Below, in pieces: positions 21,269 through 34,820 of a stretch of DNA of 64,000 bases. The stretch's first letter is position 1. Every line of letters begins with the position of its first letter. Under the pieces are notes generated by a model. It saw only the letters and a program-made list of their open reading frames with translations. It did no database searches and had not been told where the DNA came from. The position numbers and the translations under genes are program-made. The DNA is from Microthyrium microscopicum. Its lineage: Eukaryota. The stretch is taken from positions 3,156,401 through 3,220,400 of the forward strand of contig MU004231.1 in the NCBI GenBank assembly GCA_010405405.1, in the 5' to 3' direction.

Positions 21269-22871
21269 CTAGATTCCTCTGATCTTTACCCTCTCACCAT
21301 TCCCTTCCGTCCTCAAAGCCCTCCGATCAACATGTAAATCCACATGTGCCAGCACCTGTGCGCCTCCAACAGCCTCACCATCTCCATTGACAGTAGTCAC
21401 CTTCGGACTACCCTCTCTCGGACTACCAACCCTCGTCCCAGGACCCATAATCGCACATGCAGCATCCACACACGCGCCAAATGCATGTCGTACCAGTGAA
21501 TCACCCGTCAAACTCCCAATCGCGAATACCGCTGGCGCAATCTGTGCGCCATGGCTCTCCAACTTGGCTCGCAATGTCTGACCGGTTACTTGCACGTCTT
21601 TCATGCGGCCCGTGACTTCAAGTAGTAGCTTTGGATCTAGGTAGCTGAGGGAACCGCGTTGGCCGACATGGTACGCGAGATTGCCAACTATGCGCGAGAG
21701 ACTGGTGCCGTCCGAGAGGGTGAGGTTGACTTGAAACCCTCCAGTGCTGAGAGGAGTGACGGAAGTGATGGTAGCATTGGGTAGTCCTTCGTAGGTAGAT
21801 GCCCAGTCTCGGTGCGCGAAGAACGGATTTGACTTGCTTTTACGGCGCATTGATGGCGAGACGGCGGCGCTGGAAGGCGTGTATTTCGCAGCGGCGGCTT
21901 TCATTTGACGATATACGGAAGCATATTCTGGATATGCTTGGTTATGGCAACCGCGGAGTGGCGAGGGACGGTCAGTGGGCGCCCATTTGAAGAGGTGGAT
22001 TATTTTGCGACCTGGTGGGCTTGAGATGATGGTGTCGGCGGCGGAGAAGCCGGATCCGATGACGAGAAGGGGAAGATCTAGGCATGAGGCTCGTTGGATA
22101 GGAGCGAGGAGTGGAGGAGGCGAGATGGAGTGGGTGAAGGTTCCAGTCGCTAGGACGAGATGCTTGCATTTGATGTTGTGTGGTTCGATAATGAAGCCAT
22201 CGGTAGTTCGCGATACTCGGGAGACTGGATAAGAAGTTTTGATCGACGATGTTATTCCTACAGCATTTGGGTAGGCTGCGTAATAAGAGGCTACCAATGT
22301 CCTGGATGGTCGCATCAACTCTGGCGGATTCTTTCCATATAAACGTTGATAATGTTCAGTGAAGGAATAGCCCGGTAAAGAAAGCATCTCCGAGTAACTG
22401 AGAGTTCCGATATCGTCACTGGCTGATCCTGATGCTCTTGTCCATTGACCACCCGGATTTGACGATTCTGTGAGTACTATATGGGATACAGCCTTTTCCG
22501 GCCGATACCGCCAGTCTATACATGATGGTGGATTGATCTCAGTGTCGGCGTTTGGTCGAACAAGGGTATCCAGAAGCGCGTTGATCGCAAGAGCTTGCGA
22601 TGCATATCGTATTGAACTGCCAAAATGCGAGTATATTTCTGGCGTTATATGAAGTAGATTTGGTAGTCTTCTGAGCTTAGAGTCCAGTAAATCGTCCGGA
22701 TGATCTCCAGTGTAATATGGTACATGGCCATTGAGCAAGTAGCTCAATATCAAAGATGAAGGGCCTCCTCCTGTTGCAAAGAGAAAAGGTCAACGACATT
22801 CATTGCGCAAAGTTCAAATTCATACCTATAATCACAGTATCCAATTCGACTTGATCATCATTCGGGACCAT
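21269..22871 (-). CDS. FAD/NAD(P)-binding oxidoreductase, OSGIN-like (intron 22825-22771)
   Basis: Spliced N-terminus DTVIIGGGPSSLILSY (Rossmann), LVLATG, second Rossmann LVIGSGFSAAD, YPEY and FAIGSLTGDSLVR. Confidence 0.8.
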
Positions 22872-23933
22872 GACGACACGTTAAATTGATGGTCGCCACT
22901 GGGAGGAGAGGTGTTTAGTAGCAGAAGATGAAACGACATTGGAGAATGTAAACCTTAAAAACAACCCGGGCTATCGGAATTCACTGAATTGCATAGTGAC
23001 AACTTGTGCCGAAGCCATCTGAGGGCATCGGATTGGATTTGTAACCATCTGGGATCCTGCGATTCTGGCCGAAAATTCTAGGTGTTAGCGCCGGAAGAAA
23101 GGTTACTTGCCGAAGGCACACTATAAAGAGCAGGTGGATCACATCTCCTACAAAGGACCCTGTCAAAAGCTAGGTCAAGCAATGGAAACCCCATTGAATA
23201 TTCTGTCAGGCGTTGCAATGGTTGGATTGTGGTCCAGATGATTGTTAGGGACCGTTGGTTCAACTTGCAGACGTACACGAAGATCCAGCGCGTCGGGCGG
23301 TTATTCCCGTTACACGAAGCGTTGCCTCAGTTTGTTCTGCACCCCATGCCCCATGCATCGTCTGAGCAAGCGAATAGGCAAATATCGGTACAACGATTGG
23401 ATGTTTATTTCAAGCATAATGTAGGACATGTGGGGGATTATCAAATGAATGAGGTGGGGATGTCAACGCTTGCAGGCGTGACACCTCAATCCTTGATGCC
23501 CATGGAATTTTATGGATGGCATCATCATTGACAACGACAAGAGCTCGTCTCACCATGTGTGGAGGACAAAATGGTGCAAGTCATTATGCGAGGCTTTATA
23601 CATGCAGTGACAGTGGACCCCATTACAAATCAAAAGTATAATCACATATTCTTTGATATCATATCAACAGCAAGTAAGAACCATACTGTCCTCACTGTCT
23701 TCTCTTAGTAATAAATATACATTCGCGCAGACTAATATCTGGTCCACAACCTTCCATCGAGTAAAACAATACACCAAGCACCAAACAAACACCCAGCAAT
23801 CGTACCTCCCAATGGTATCAAAGTCGTTTGCGCAAAAACAAAGAAAGAACGCTTAAAGGGTATGTCCTCCAAAAGGATGGCATGCAAATATGTACAGTTC
23901 ATGAGTGTATGGACCGAAACAATGCGAAAACTT

Positions 23934-25801
23934 TTAGACAGCAGCCCATTTGACTACTTCGATTGCCATTACGACAAGAATGAGAGTTGATGGTAAGATC
24001 CTATAAGCGGTTAGCGTTTGTACAGATATCAAATGTGTAGATGTGAGAAACGTACCATATCACGTAGCTCTGGAATAAGAGTTTTGTCATTGCGCCAACG
24101 TAAACGTTGTTCAACTGGCAGATCTGGGCCAGTTGAAGCGCACTTGGTGCTCCAGTAAGTAGGAAGCAAACGACCACAAATACAGGGTCGTCAACAATGC
24201 TCACGGGAGCAAACTTGGCCAGGATAGCGAGGAATGGTGCCATAATCAAAGTGGGTAGAAGCATACGGCTGAGAATCGCGGCGATGAGAAGCTTCTTTTC
24301 CAATTTAGGATCTTCAGCATTGAGTTGCGCCTGTGGGAGCGTGTTGCGAGCAAGGTTTGCTCCAAGAACAACCAGAATGAGGGGAACAGCAACACCACCC
24401 GACTGCTCGATTGCTCGTGTGACGGAGGTGTTCAAGAAAGTTCCTTTGGTGAAGAATAGATGCTGAAGTTTTGGTACGGAGGCCACGACGATTGCGATGA
24501 GCATGGCCCATAGAGGTGGATTCATGAAATCCCAAACTCCGAGGAAAAATCGTTTTGACCAAGAACCGAATCTCGATAGTACCGATTGGACGGATTGTGG
24601 GAGAGATGCAAAAATTCTGCTTGAAATAGATGCTATGGAGTGTCCAATGGCGATGAAGATTTTCGCAGCATTTTGCTTCGTGCGAGTCCATAGTGAAGCA
24701 TCCTGAGAGAGTTCGGAGTCCGTTTCAGAAGATGAAGGGGAGTCTGGATGGTCCTGAACAGTGGGGTTCGTCGATGAGGACTGAGTCGGCTTTAATTTAG
24801 GCAAATGAGTATGAAGTTCATCCAACGTCGTGCTAGACGAGGTATATAACTTTCGATTCATTGGTGTGTCAGCTCCACTCCAAGTATTTGGATCTAGGCG
24901 GGTTCCGCTAGGACTAGAGGAACCGGTACTGCCTTCGCCTTGTGTAGATTCTTCATCCTCGTCGTGTACCATAACAAGCAGTCCTGTTCGCTCATCTGAA
25001 CTAGCTTCTTCCTGTCCATGTCGTCCGTCCTCCATCTGACCATTCGCAGTACCACCTTCTTCGACAGTGAATTTTTCTGGTGGCGCGAGCAATACGTGAT
25101 AACCCCAGCTCCATCGTACAAGTTGACCGAGTTGTTGGAATATCAGGAGATATAGAATACCTCGTGCAGCCACCTCGTCATCATTATCGTGCTTGATTTT
25201 GTCCCAGTGAAGGCCAGGGAGAGTTTTCGATAGAGATATGATGAGTGAGATTGGAAGAGAGTTGGAATTGCCAAAAACGCCCATGGCGGTTACAAAGTTC
25301 TGAGGGCGCTTCTTGAATCCAAACGCCTTGGAGATGGCGCGTGATACAAAGTAGGAAACGAACGTTTGTACGCCGAAGATGACTGGGATTATAGCAAGTT
25401 CGGTGAGTTTATCCGGGGTAAGTTGTGAAGCTAGTTTGGTCCATACTACAAAGATCAGTACTTGTCATAGAGGCTAGACCGTATATCTTACTCAAACAGG
25501 GCGTGAACAGCATGACGTTCAGATTTGCGAGGAACTTTTGTGATTCGGCATCAAACATGCCTTGTCTGGCTATTATGTAGCCAGGCAGACTGACACATAC
25601 TACTTCCAAGACAGCGCCAAAAACGAGGACGTTAAGATGCCAGAAATTTGGGTGTTTGTCGCTGGCGGAGTGAAAGTTGGATGAATCGGGGACAGTTGAA
25701 CCGAGCATGGATGGGCTCATCTGAGAGGAGAAGAAGGTGTCGTAGTTTCGTGATTGTAGTTGGATATCTGTTGGCGCGAAGCCATGGGAGGACGCCCACA
25801 T
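23934..25801 (-). CDS. Auxin efflux carrier (AEC/PILS/ECM3-like) membrane transporter (introns 25491-25446, 24055-24001)
   Basis: AVLEVVCVSLPGY, LFTPCLIWTKLASQL, FGNSNSLP, RGILYLLIFQQLGQLVRWSWGY, FMNPPLWAML, VPLILVVLGANL and PSALQLAQI. Confidence 0.88.
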
Positions 25802-27374
25802 GGTGACGGATGTGAGAAGGATGGAGAGGAAGAAGGAGCGAGAGGTTGAATGTTGAGGATGGTGAAGGTAGCCTGGAGTTCAGAAAGTAGAAACAAAATG
25901 TTGTCTGGGAGGGCGTGGGATGAGGTGGCGTGTAAAACGCGCAAAATGGCGAGATTGGGTAGGATGAACAGTGACGAGCATGGGACCAACAGAAAGAAGG
26001 TAGTTGTGGCTTGTGAATAAGGATCTCGAGCAAGAGGGGGTGATCAAGGCAGAGGAAAGATAGCAGGGCAAGAGAAAGTGGTGTTGAGGGACTTTTAGGG
26101 ATAGCTTGGTTGACCAGGGAAAAGGTGACGCGGCAGAGTTTACAAGCGCATGGTTCTCTTGATAGAAATGCGAAACAACGAGACAGAAAGGAGAAAGATC
26201 AGAGAAGTGGATATTACAGGTATTTGAGATGTTGATAAGGTTTAAAACTAAAGCATATCGCTCTATCGCTCTATCGCTCTTGGGGATTCTTGGAGGAGCC
26301 CTGGACTCTGGAGGTTGGGCCAAGTCACCTACGCCATAATGTCCACGACTCTCCTGCTCAGTGCTGGCAGCTGCCATGTGCGCGTTGACACGATATCATT
26401 GGATACCAATATAGCGACAGGCACCAAATGCTGGACAGAGCACTCTGAAGTTGAAATATGGTAAGAGGGCCATTAATGTCCTACTCCTACCGTGTATGAG
26501 CCAACAATTTTATATAGAGATGGCTTTAGCTCCCATCGCACTCGATAATCCATTAAGCACTTCATGACTTGCATCATGACTCCATGAGAAAGATACTGTC
26601 CGATAACGTGAAAACCACAGGGCAGACAGCAGTCAATCTGCTCGCCTACAGTACCTGTATTTTGAAGTCGCAGAGTCTGGACAATCTGGACATGAGCACT
26701 AACCCTGTCGCAAAACTCAAAACTCAGCCTCGATTCGCATACCTCCGTAATGTACACAAGCACACAAGTTCGATCTGTGCTGTGGCAAAACCTCAAACTT
26801 CCAGTCTTCCACTGACTTCCGTATCGTTACCGAGTATTCGTTAGGGACTGGAACTTTCATCAATATCCCGGATCCCGGATCCGCTCTTCCTCTCTACCGC
26901 CACACCTGCTAAAACAAAAAGTCATTTTCTTGACATAGGAATCCGCGTATAGAGGGTTACTGTTGTGACTATATAATTGAAAAAAGTACAAGAGTGTACA
27001 TAGAGAGTATTGTGGTACTATCAGGTAGTATCTAATATCGAGGACAGTGTATGAGCAAGGAAAGCACGATTGGAAATTGACTTGCAACCCACCAAACCAC
27101 CAAACCACCAAACCGCCAAATCATCAATTCCCATCTACTCTACCGCAGAGAATTCTTCAGATGCAACATTAATTAAGCCTATTTGGGACGCCAAAATTGG
27201 TGCTTACTACTCACTAATTTTAGGGGACCCTACATAGCGCTAACTAATTTTAGGGGGTGTAGCGTACCACAGGGTTGCTAATTTTAGGAGCTCTAGCTTA
27301 CCACGAATTGTCCCCTTTGTCTTGGCGTTTATATCAAGCCTGTTGAGCACTCAAACAGCTACAGTACTGCGAGC

Positions 27375-27465
27375 GAAGGGGACAACACCAACGAAGGGGA
27401 CAACACCAACGAAGGGGACAATATCAACAAAGGGGACAAACAGGTGCTGATCAAAGGGGACAACA
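27375..27465 (+). repeat. Subterminal 18-bp repeat GAAGGGGACAACACCAAC x3 plus two AAGGGGACAA copies
   Basis: Units start at 27375, 27393 and 27411. An inverted TTGTCCC(C/T)TT also occurs at 27308 and near the right TIR at ~34320. Confidence 0.85.
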
Positions 27466-27490
27466 CACACGGAGATAAGGCGTGTTAAAT

Positions 27491-28735
27491 CCTAAGCCAG
27501 TTCGTGGTGGAATGTGTGGTGGTAGGGGCACATTTTGGTGTTTCGCCGCAGCTAATCCCTGAGCTGTGAGGGCTTCAAAAAATGGTATTTTTGGCTATTT
27601 AATAAAGAGGATTAGGGGCGCCCCCTAAAATTAGTTATAATATTAGCTACTAACAGCTAATATTAGCTGTTAGTAGTTAAAATAGCTACTATCTGAAAAT
27701 GCGTTATTTTCAGCTACTGTGAGATAATCTAGCTCTTTGAAAATATAAAGGGTTAGATAACGTGATCTAGCACGTGACCATCACGTGACACGGCACGTGA
27801 TCACAATATTAAGATCTAGTAATTCCTAGATCTTAATATTACGTGTTGAATACTATGGATTTAAATAGCTCAAGTAGCTGCTGTAGGATAATCTAGCCCT
27901 TTAGATGTGAAGGGTTAGATAACGTGATCTAGCACGTGACCATCACGTGACACGGCACGTGATCACAATATTAAGATCTAGTAATTCCTAGATCTTAATA
28001 TTACGTGTTGAATACTGTGGATTCAAATAGCTTAAGTAGCTGCTGTGGGATAATCTAGCCCTTTAGATATAAAGGGCTAGATTTGAAGCTAGTCCTAGAT
28101 TGGTCTAGCTTCACGGACTTAAGGCTCTTAAGTCCTAAGCTACTTTGTGGTGGAATGTGTGGTAGTAGGGGCACATTTTAGTGTTTCGCCGCAGCTAATT
28201 CCTAAGCTGTGAGGGCTTCAGGGGATCGTATTTTTGGCCTTTTTAAAAAGGGGATTTTAGGCTAATAGTAGCTATAATATTAGTTACTAGTAGCTAATAT
28301 TAGCTGTTAGTAGCTAAAATAGCTACTATCTAAAAATGCGTTATTTTCAGCTACTGTGAGATAATCTAGCTCTTTGAAAATATAAAGGGTTAGATAAACG
28401 TGATCTAGCACGTGATCATTACGTAACAGGGCACGTGACGGCACGTGATTACAACATTAAGATCTAGTAATTCCTAGATCTTAATATTGCGTGTTAAATA
28501 CTATAGATTTAAATAGCTCAAGTAGCTACTGTGGGATAATCTAGCCCTTTAAATGTGAAGGGCTAGATTTGAAGCTAGTCCTAGATTGGTCTAGCTTCAC
28601 GGACTTAAGGCTCTTAAGTCCTAAGCTACTTTGTGGTGGAATATGTAGTAGTAGAAACACATTTTGGTGTTTCGCTGTAGCTAATCCCTAAGCTATAAGG
28701 GCTTTAAGAGATTGTATTTTTGGCTACTTTATAAA
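27491..28735. repeat. ~485-bp tandem repeat (2.3 copies, first with internal 162-bp duplication) rich in CACGTG and palindromes
   Basis: Unit starts cctaagc…tggtggaat at 27491, 28134 and 28620. The CACGTG/palindrome sub-unit occurs at ~27750, 27912 and 28387. Confidence 0.9.
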
Positions 28736-29275
28736 AAAGATAAGAATTTAGCTAGGATTCTATGAGATTAGTGATTATGCCTACTAATTTTTATAGTAAT
28801 TCTAGTTAATTCTTAAGTAAATTCTGTTCTTAGCTATAGTTTAGAGATATATTTACTAAGTCTTAAATTTTTAGAGATTAGATATATTTCTACTAGATTT
28901 AGCGTTAGCTAGACTAGTTACTATAAACTAGACCTAAGTTTAGGATAGTTTATTATTAAGTTGGATTTTATATATAGCTTATAGTTAGTATAATTATAAA
29001 GCTTTATATAAGAAGTAAATAAGAATCTACTATCTAGCTAGTCTAATAATATTAGCTACTAGATTACCTCTAAAACTCTTTTAGAGTCTTTAGTAAAGAA
29101 TATAATATATTTCTTAGTTTACTCTTTTAGGGTGGCTTAGAAACGAATATTTATATATTTTTAAAGAAATACTTTTTATATTAAAAAGTTATTTTCTTTT
29201 TATTAAATTAATTTATCTTTATTCTATTTTCTTTATTATATTATTAGATAATATAATAAATATTAATTTACTCTA

Positions 29276-29496
29276 CTACCTAAGTAAGTAGTAAAACTAC
29301 TAGAAGGTTAAAGTAGTTTAGTTCTACTTAGATAGTTAGTCTACCTAAGTAAGTAGTAAAACTGCTAGAAGGTTAAAGTAGTTTAGTTCTACTTGGATAG
29401 TTTAAAGTAGTTTAGTTCTACTTAGATAGTTAGTCTACCTAAGTAAGTAGTAAAACTACTAGATGGTTAAAGTAGTTTAGTTCTACTTAGATAGTT
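29276..29496. repeat. 65-bp tandem repeat (~3.4 copies) inside the large transposon
   Basis: ctacctaagtaagtagtaaaact…gttctacttagatagtt starting at 29276, 29341 and 29435. Confidence 0.9.
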
Positions 29497-32299
29497 TATA
29501 CTTTGTTTTAGGTATACTTTATATATTTTATAAAGTAGAACTTTAATAAATTATATTTTAGTCCTTTCTACTTACGTTAGGTAATATTTATTTCATGTTA
29601 AAATATAGGTAAATATTTCTAAATAAGAGAGACTAATAGAATATAATACTAAGCCAAAATTAAATAAAAAGCGTTATTAGGGCGGTATAGCATATAGGGC
29701 GGCATATTAATCTAATTTATATATATTTACTATAAAAGATAGCGAATTAGAGCTAGAGTAGTCACTAGACGTTATTTATAGCTTCTATAAGAATATCTTG
29801 CTTATCCTTATTAAAATAGTAATAAAGATTGGGGCGGCCTATCTTTTAAAAAATATAGTTTAATTATTTATTTCTATTTATCTTATTAGTTACTAGATAT
29901 ATACTTTCTATATTAAGTATCTTTTAATAAAAATATATAGACGATAAACGTATATTATTATTGTTAGGATAATTAGTCTATATAGCTTTCAGCCTATTAG
30001 TAGATATATTAATCTTTAGTATAAAAGCTTTTATAGATTAAGTAGGAGAGTGGTAAGCCCCTTATTAACTTATTTCTTATAGAGTAAAGCTAGTTTTAAT
30101 ATAAGGGTAAGCTACTTTCTAAAAGGGAAGTATTATACTTAGAGAAAGGGGATATTTAGTCTTTTAATAGTGTATCTATTTAGTATTTATTACTACTACG
30201 TAGTACTTTATATTAGTAGTAATAAAGCTAATCTTAAGGTCTTACGTGCAGAAGTTAGTAATATAAAGGCTCTTTTTATTAAGCTTAGTAATAAATACTA
30301 TATAATTATTACTTTAAAAGCTATAAGTACCTTTGTCCCTTTTTACTCTTAAACTTTGCTACTTTAAACCCTTCTATAAGTTAGGTATAAATTATTACTT
30401 TAATCTATCTAGAACCTATAGCGTGTACTAACTTAGGAGTACTATAATAGATAAGACTTACATATAAGTATACTAAGACGTTTACTAACTCTAGGATTAA
30501 TTTAATAAGCTCTTCTTAAATAATGATTTATTTAGTATAATAGGCTAAGGTATAGATCTTTATAGAAGAAGGTAAAAGCCTAAGATAGCTTAAGCTAACT
30601 TGTACTTTTAAGAATAGTTATACTATGCTTACTTTAAATTATTCTTACGTTCTTAGTAAGTTAGAGAGCTAATGAAAATAACTATATAATTAATCTCTAT
30701 TACTAGTAATAGTAGATAAAGTTAGATTCTAGTAGAGTTCGTTAACCCTAGAGATTTTCTAGACTACTAATTAGCTCTCTTAAAGCGACTAGCCTATCTA
30801 GGTTAGGCTTAGATTCCTAAACGCTAGATTATTATGCGTGCTCCTTTAACTTCTAAAGCTTTATACTCTAGACTAGATTTGCTATTAATTATTATCCTAG
30901 ATAGCTTCTAAATATCTTTCTCTTTTATGGATTTCTTATCTTTACCTTTGCCCTAGCTATTCCCTCCTAGCTTCCCTTTGGCTATTCCCCTTTAGCTATT
31001 CCCCTTTGGCTATTCCCCTTTAGCTATTCTCTCTAGCTTTACCTTGTTTCTTAGCTCTTCCTTTCCCTTTTCTTTCCTAGTCTCTTTATCTTCTATTATT
31101 CTTTGTAGATTTGCTAGTAGTTAAACTATAAAATGTAGACTATAGAATCTTGTGGCACTGTTTATAGGTATGCCTAGCTATACTAAAAAAATGATTTATT
31201 AATAGTATATGCTAGATATAACCTATAATTATACCTCCTTATATAATTTCTTAGTCAGAGAAGAGTATTACTTAGTTCTTAGAGCTACTACTAATAAAGG
31301 AAGTCTATTTTAAGATAGTATATTGCTTTCTATGACTCCTTCTATAAATAGAGATATAGTATACTGTAGATAAGTTTGCTAATATAATTAGTAACTAATT
31401 AAACTAGCTTTAAAGGCAAATATATAAGTTATTCTATAGATAACTAAAAAAGATTCTCGTACTTCATGAAAATGAGATAAAAGACTTAATATATAGAGAA
31501 CTCTAACTTTTAGTAGTAGTTATTAATATGCAAAATCTATTCCTCTACTTTTATTAATTACTTCTTTAGAATAGGCTTCTTTGTAATTAACTTCTTTGCT
31601 ATAGGCGTCTTTATAGCCTAAGGATCCTTCTTTTTATAAGGTTCCCTTAGTCCTCTCTTCTAAATAACTTTTATAATAGGCTAAAGATTTGGATTAAACT
31701 TTACCTAATTAGTAGGACTTGCTAATTAAGGATTTTGTTACTAAGAAGGATTAGGTTTCTAAGACTAATTATCCTTCTTCTTGCTACGACTCTTCTTTAG
31801 GACTTAAATAGAAGAATAGTAATTTATGGGGGGAGAAAGTCTGTTCTAATAGTTAAAGTTTGCTTAACTCTAATATTAAGGAATAGGTTGGTGCTACCCT
31901 TCTTAAGTTTGATCTGTTAGTTAAGCTTTATACTAAGTTGAAAAAGTAGAAATAGATTAAGTATAAATAGTCTAATATTAATTCTAAGACAAAGAGTAAG
32001 ACTAAGACGGAAGTAGAGATTAAGGATAAGCAGTCTGAAACGGAAGCTAAAATAGAGGCTAAAATAGAGTCTAAACTAGAGCTATAGCCATAGAAGGATC
32101 CATGTATTATAAAGGCTCTAATTCTATATACTTAGAGTCAAATTTAAAGTTAGAAGAAGAATTAGCTTCTTCTTCTTGTTAATTTAAGTAATTATTAACC
32201 TCTTCTTTATTAGCCTAGTTAGCGTAAAATAAAGGAATACTCTTTTCTTTTTTAATCTTTATCTCCTTAGGAGGATTTAAATCGTTAGAATTGTTCCTT

Positions 32300-33600
32300 A
32301 GTAGTGGCATTAATCTCTAATCTAACAAATTAATATTACTAGTAGCTATTCCTTTTACTAATATAAGATAATCTTCTAAGCTATCTAGAGTAATGTTGAT
32401 TTTAGTATAAGTGAAAGAACGCTTCATAATGTTATATTTTTGGTAAGTTTGTTAAGTATGAGCCTTTTCCTACGCGTAAGTAACTATTTTAGTTAAGATG
32501 ATACGTTTTTTGCTTACAATAAGATTGTAAAAATCCTTATTTAGATACGCTTTAAAAGCAATTTCGTCTTAATATTCCTAAAGGTACTTCTTAACAACTT
32601 AGTTAATACTAACGTCTAAAGGTTAGATCTTAGCTATTAGTCTAGGGATAATAACTATAAGAATAATGCTATATGCACAATAGTGAGCCTTAACTTCTTT
32701 AGTTATATAAAACGCTATAGAGTTAATAATAACCTTTAACGTTAGCTAAGAAGGTATAGGCTACATTAGTAAGTAAATTTAGCTAGTAGAACTGCTATTA
32801 GACTTTGTAAGTTTAGTAGTAGTAAAGACATAAGCTTCATTACCTTAGGAATTAAAGCCCGTACCACGTTCTAAAGGATAAGTTAGAATAAAAATAAATT
32901 TAAAGAAGAGTATCCTTACCTTAAGCTTATTAGTAATATTGTTCTTGCTTAAGTTGGTGCCACTTAGAATCTACATAAGGAACCTATTAATCTTCAATCT
33001 ATAGAATAATTAGGAATAAATTTATCTAGGTAGTTTTGTTAAACTTTATAATAACGCGTTTATCGTAAAGAAATCCCTTAGCAACTTCGTTTTAACCGCA
33101 ATATTTAGTAGGTAATCCATAGAATATAATCAACGGTTTTATAACTATCTTCTTGTTAGCAAAGGCCCCTAAATGTACCGTCATTAATCGTTTCTCTTGT
33201 CTGCTTCTAGAAATAGCATAAAATATATTGTTTAATCCTACTAGGTAATAGGTGTAGCTAGGTATAGTTTCATATACGTAAGGAGTTTTATCGCTATTTA
33301 TAATAAAATGAGTAGGGATTTAGGTATGTACCTCTACTCTATAGCCTATAGGAGTAACTAACCTAGTATAGCATTGCTAATAAAAAGAAATAAAGCGATT
33401 GATAAATTGTTTCTAATCCTAAGGAAGGTTTTGGCCTATATAGGTTATCTTTCGATAAGAAATCTAGTAGCGTTTTTAAAACCTTATAAGCTAGCTTCTT
33501 AAAAAGTAAGGTCTTTAAGGAATAGCCTATCTAGATGCTATAAGGGAAGCATATACTAGAAGCCATTGTTAAGTAGCCTCTCTAAAAAACTAGCTAGATG
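32300..33600 (-). pseudogene. RIPped CENP-B-HTH + DDE_1 transposase core
   Basis: Relic motifs S*LIRF*KRY*ISYRKIT (CENP-B HTH, GWLxRF), NSDKTP (from NxDETP), EKRLMTVHLGAFAN, KI*PLDVSIN and KRSFT…LDSLED (from PDGSED). Intron 32919-32871. Confidence 0.85.
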
Positions 33601-34820
33601 AAATTTTTTGGTTCTCTACAAGCTAAATAATGAACTAGTAATAGATTATAGATTCTAAGTCTAGAAAGTGTTCTCGTTCTATATTAAGTTCTATTCTCCT
33701 TAGGTTGCTAGTAATATATTTAGCCTTATCTCACTTTTTCTACTAGCGACAGACTATAGATTTGTTAACCAAAAAGTAGTTACTTACTTCCTTAAATGTT
33801 GTATATTGTTATAATTGCTTAGTTACTAGATCTTTAAAGTATCCAAGCTCTAGACGTAAATGTGGAATTTGCCTTTTGTATAGCTAAAGGACGTAGTGTT
33901 TATGAATTATCTATCCTAGGATTTTAGTCCGTATAGTAATACTATATATCTTGAAAGCTCTTTTTTTTAGGGCAGAGCAGTTAAATTTACTATCTTAACT
34001 ACCAAATTCTTTAGTAGTCTTTTTATATTTAATAAAGTAACTTTGCCTTACCTAAAGGTTAGCCTTTTTAGTATCTATTAATAGATTTTGCCTTAGAATT
34101 AGTCCTTGCTCTAATATCTTTAGTTAATTAAGTTCTTTTATTAGTAATTTATATATATTTTCTATGTATGTAGTTAAGTTTGTAGTTTAATTAAGGCTAC
34201 GAAGTCTTTAGTTTATTAGTAGCCTTTCCTATAGCTTTCCTCTCTGTATTGCCTTTTTACTAGTAATTTAGCGTAGCTAAGTAAGTTACTAAATCTAGTA
34301 TACTAGTTATGGGATGTAATTGTCCCTTTTGTAAAACCAATATGTGATTATAAAGAGTAGTGCTACGATCTATAATTGGTGAAAATTATTATTGCACTAA
34401 ACTAAAAGAGGCTAATTAATGTTGTATCTGAAGAATTCTCTGCGGTACTTACCACTTTCCATCCAACCACAACATCAACTCCCTCAACTTCTGCCCGCTT
34501 CTTCCTCCACCACAATCTTCACTTCATCTTCCTAGAAATCTTTCTTTTCTCTCATTACCTCCTTCATAACCCCTCCAATCCCCACCTCCAACTTGCTGAG
34601 GCCCTCTGACGTACTGCGCCCACTAGTGCCTCTCCCGCAACTTCTCGATTCTGTGCCATCAGCCAACACCACATTCACTGAACCACTCACAATCTCGCGA
34701 TTCTGAAAAGTCATTGGATCAATTTACACGCCGTTTCTCTGCTTCTCTTCCCTCCTCTTCCTCTCTCCTCTACTGTTCCTTTCGCTTCACTCTGGTCCAG
34801 CTGGCACCGGCCACCTGAGA

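Larger units (their letters stand above)
27143..34445 (-). mobile_element. Large (7303 bp) RIP-degenerated pogo/Tigger-like TIR transposon
   Basis: ~37-bp TIRs CCGCAGAGAATTCTTCAGAT(G/A)CAACATTAATTA…GCCT, with TA duplications at 27141-42 and 34446-47. Very AT-rich interior containing a relic transposase. Confidence 0.9.

Noticed and set aside
27375..29496. Repeat arrays as a CRISPR array or centromere core
   Set aside because: The host is eukaryotic, there are no unique spacers or cas genes, and the repeats lie inside a TIR-bounded transposon in a gene-dense region. CACGTG similarity to yeast CDEI alone is insufficient.
30170..30352. 60-aa + strand ORF inside the AT-rich element
   Set aside because: Chance ORF in RIPped sequence (I/Y/K/L-rich), antisense to the relic coding strand.
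31200..31540. Possible Ulp1/C48 protease cargo (HINNYY…NYRLY read back as H…W…DCG)
   Set aside because: RIP back-translation is too ambiguous and the surrounding relic looks helical. It cannot be supported without a deRIPped consensus.
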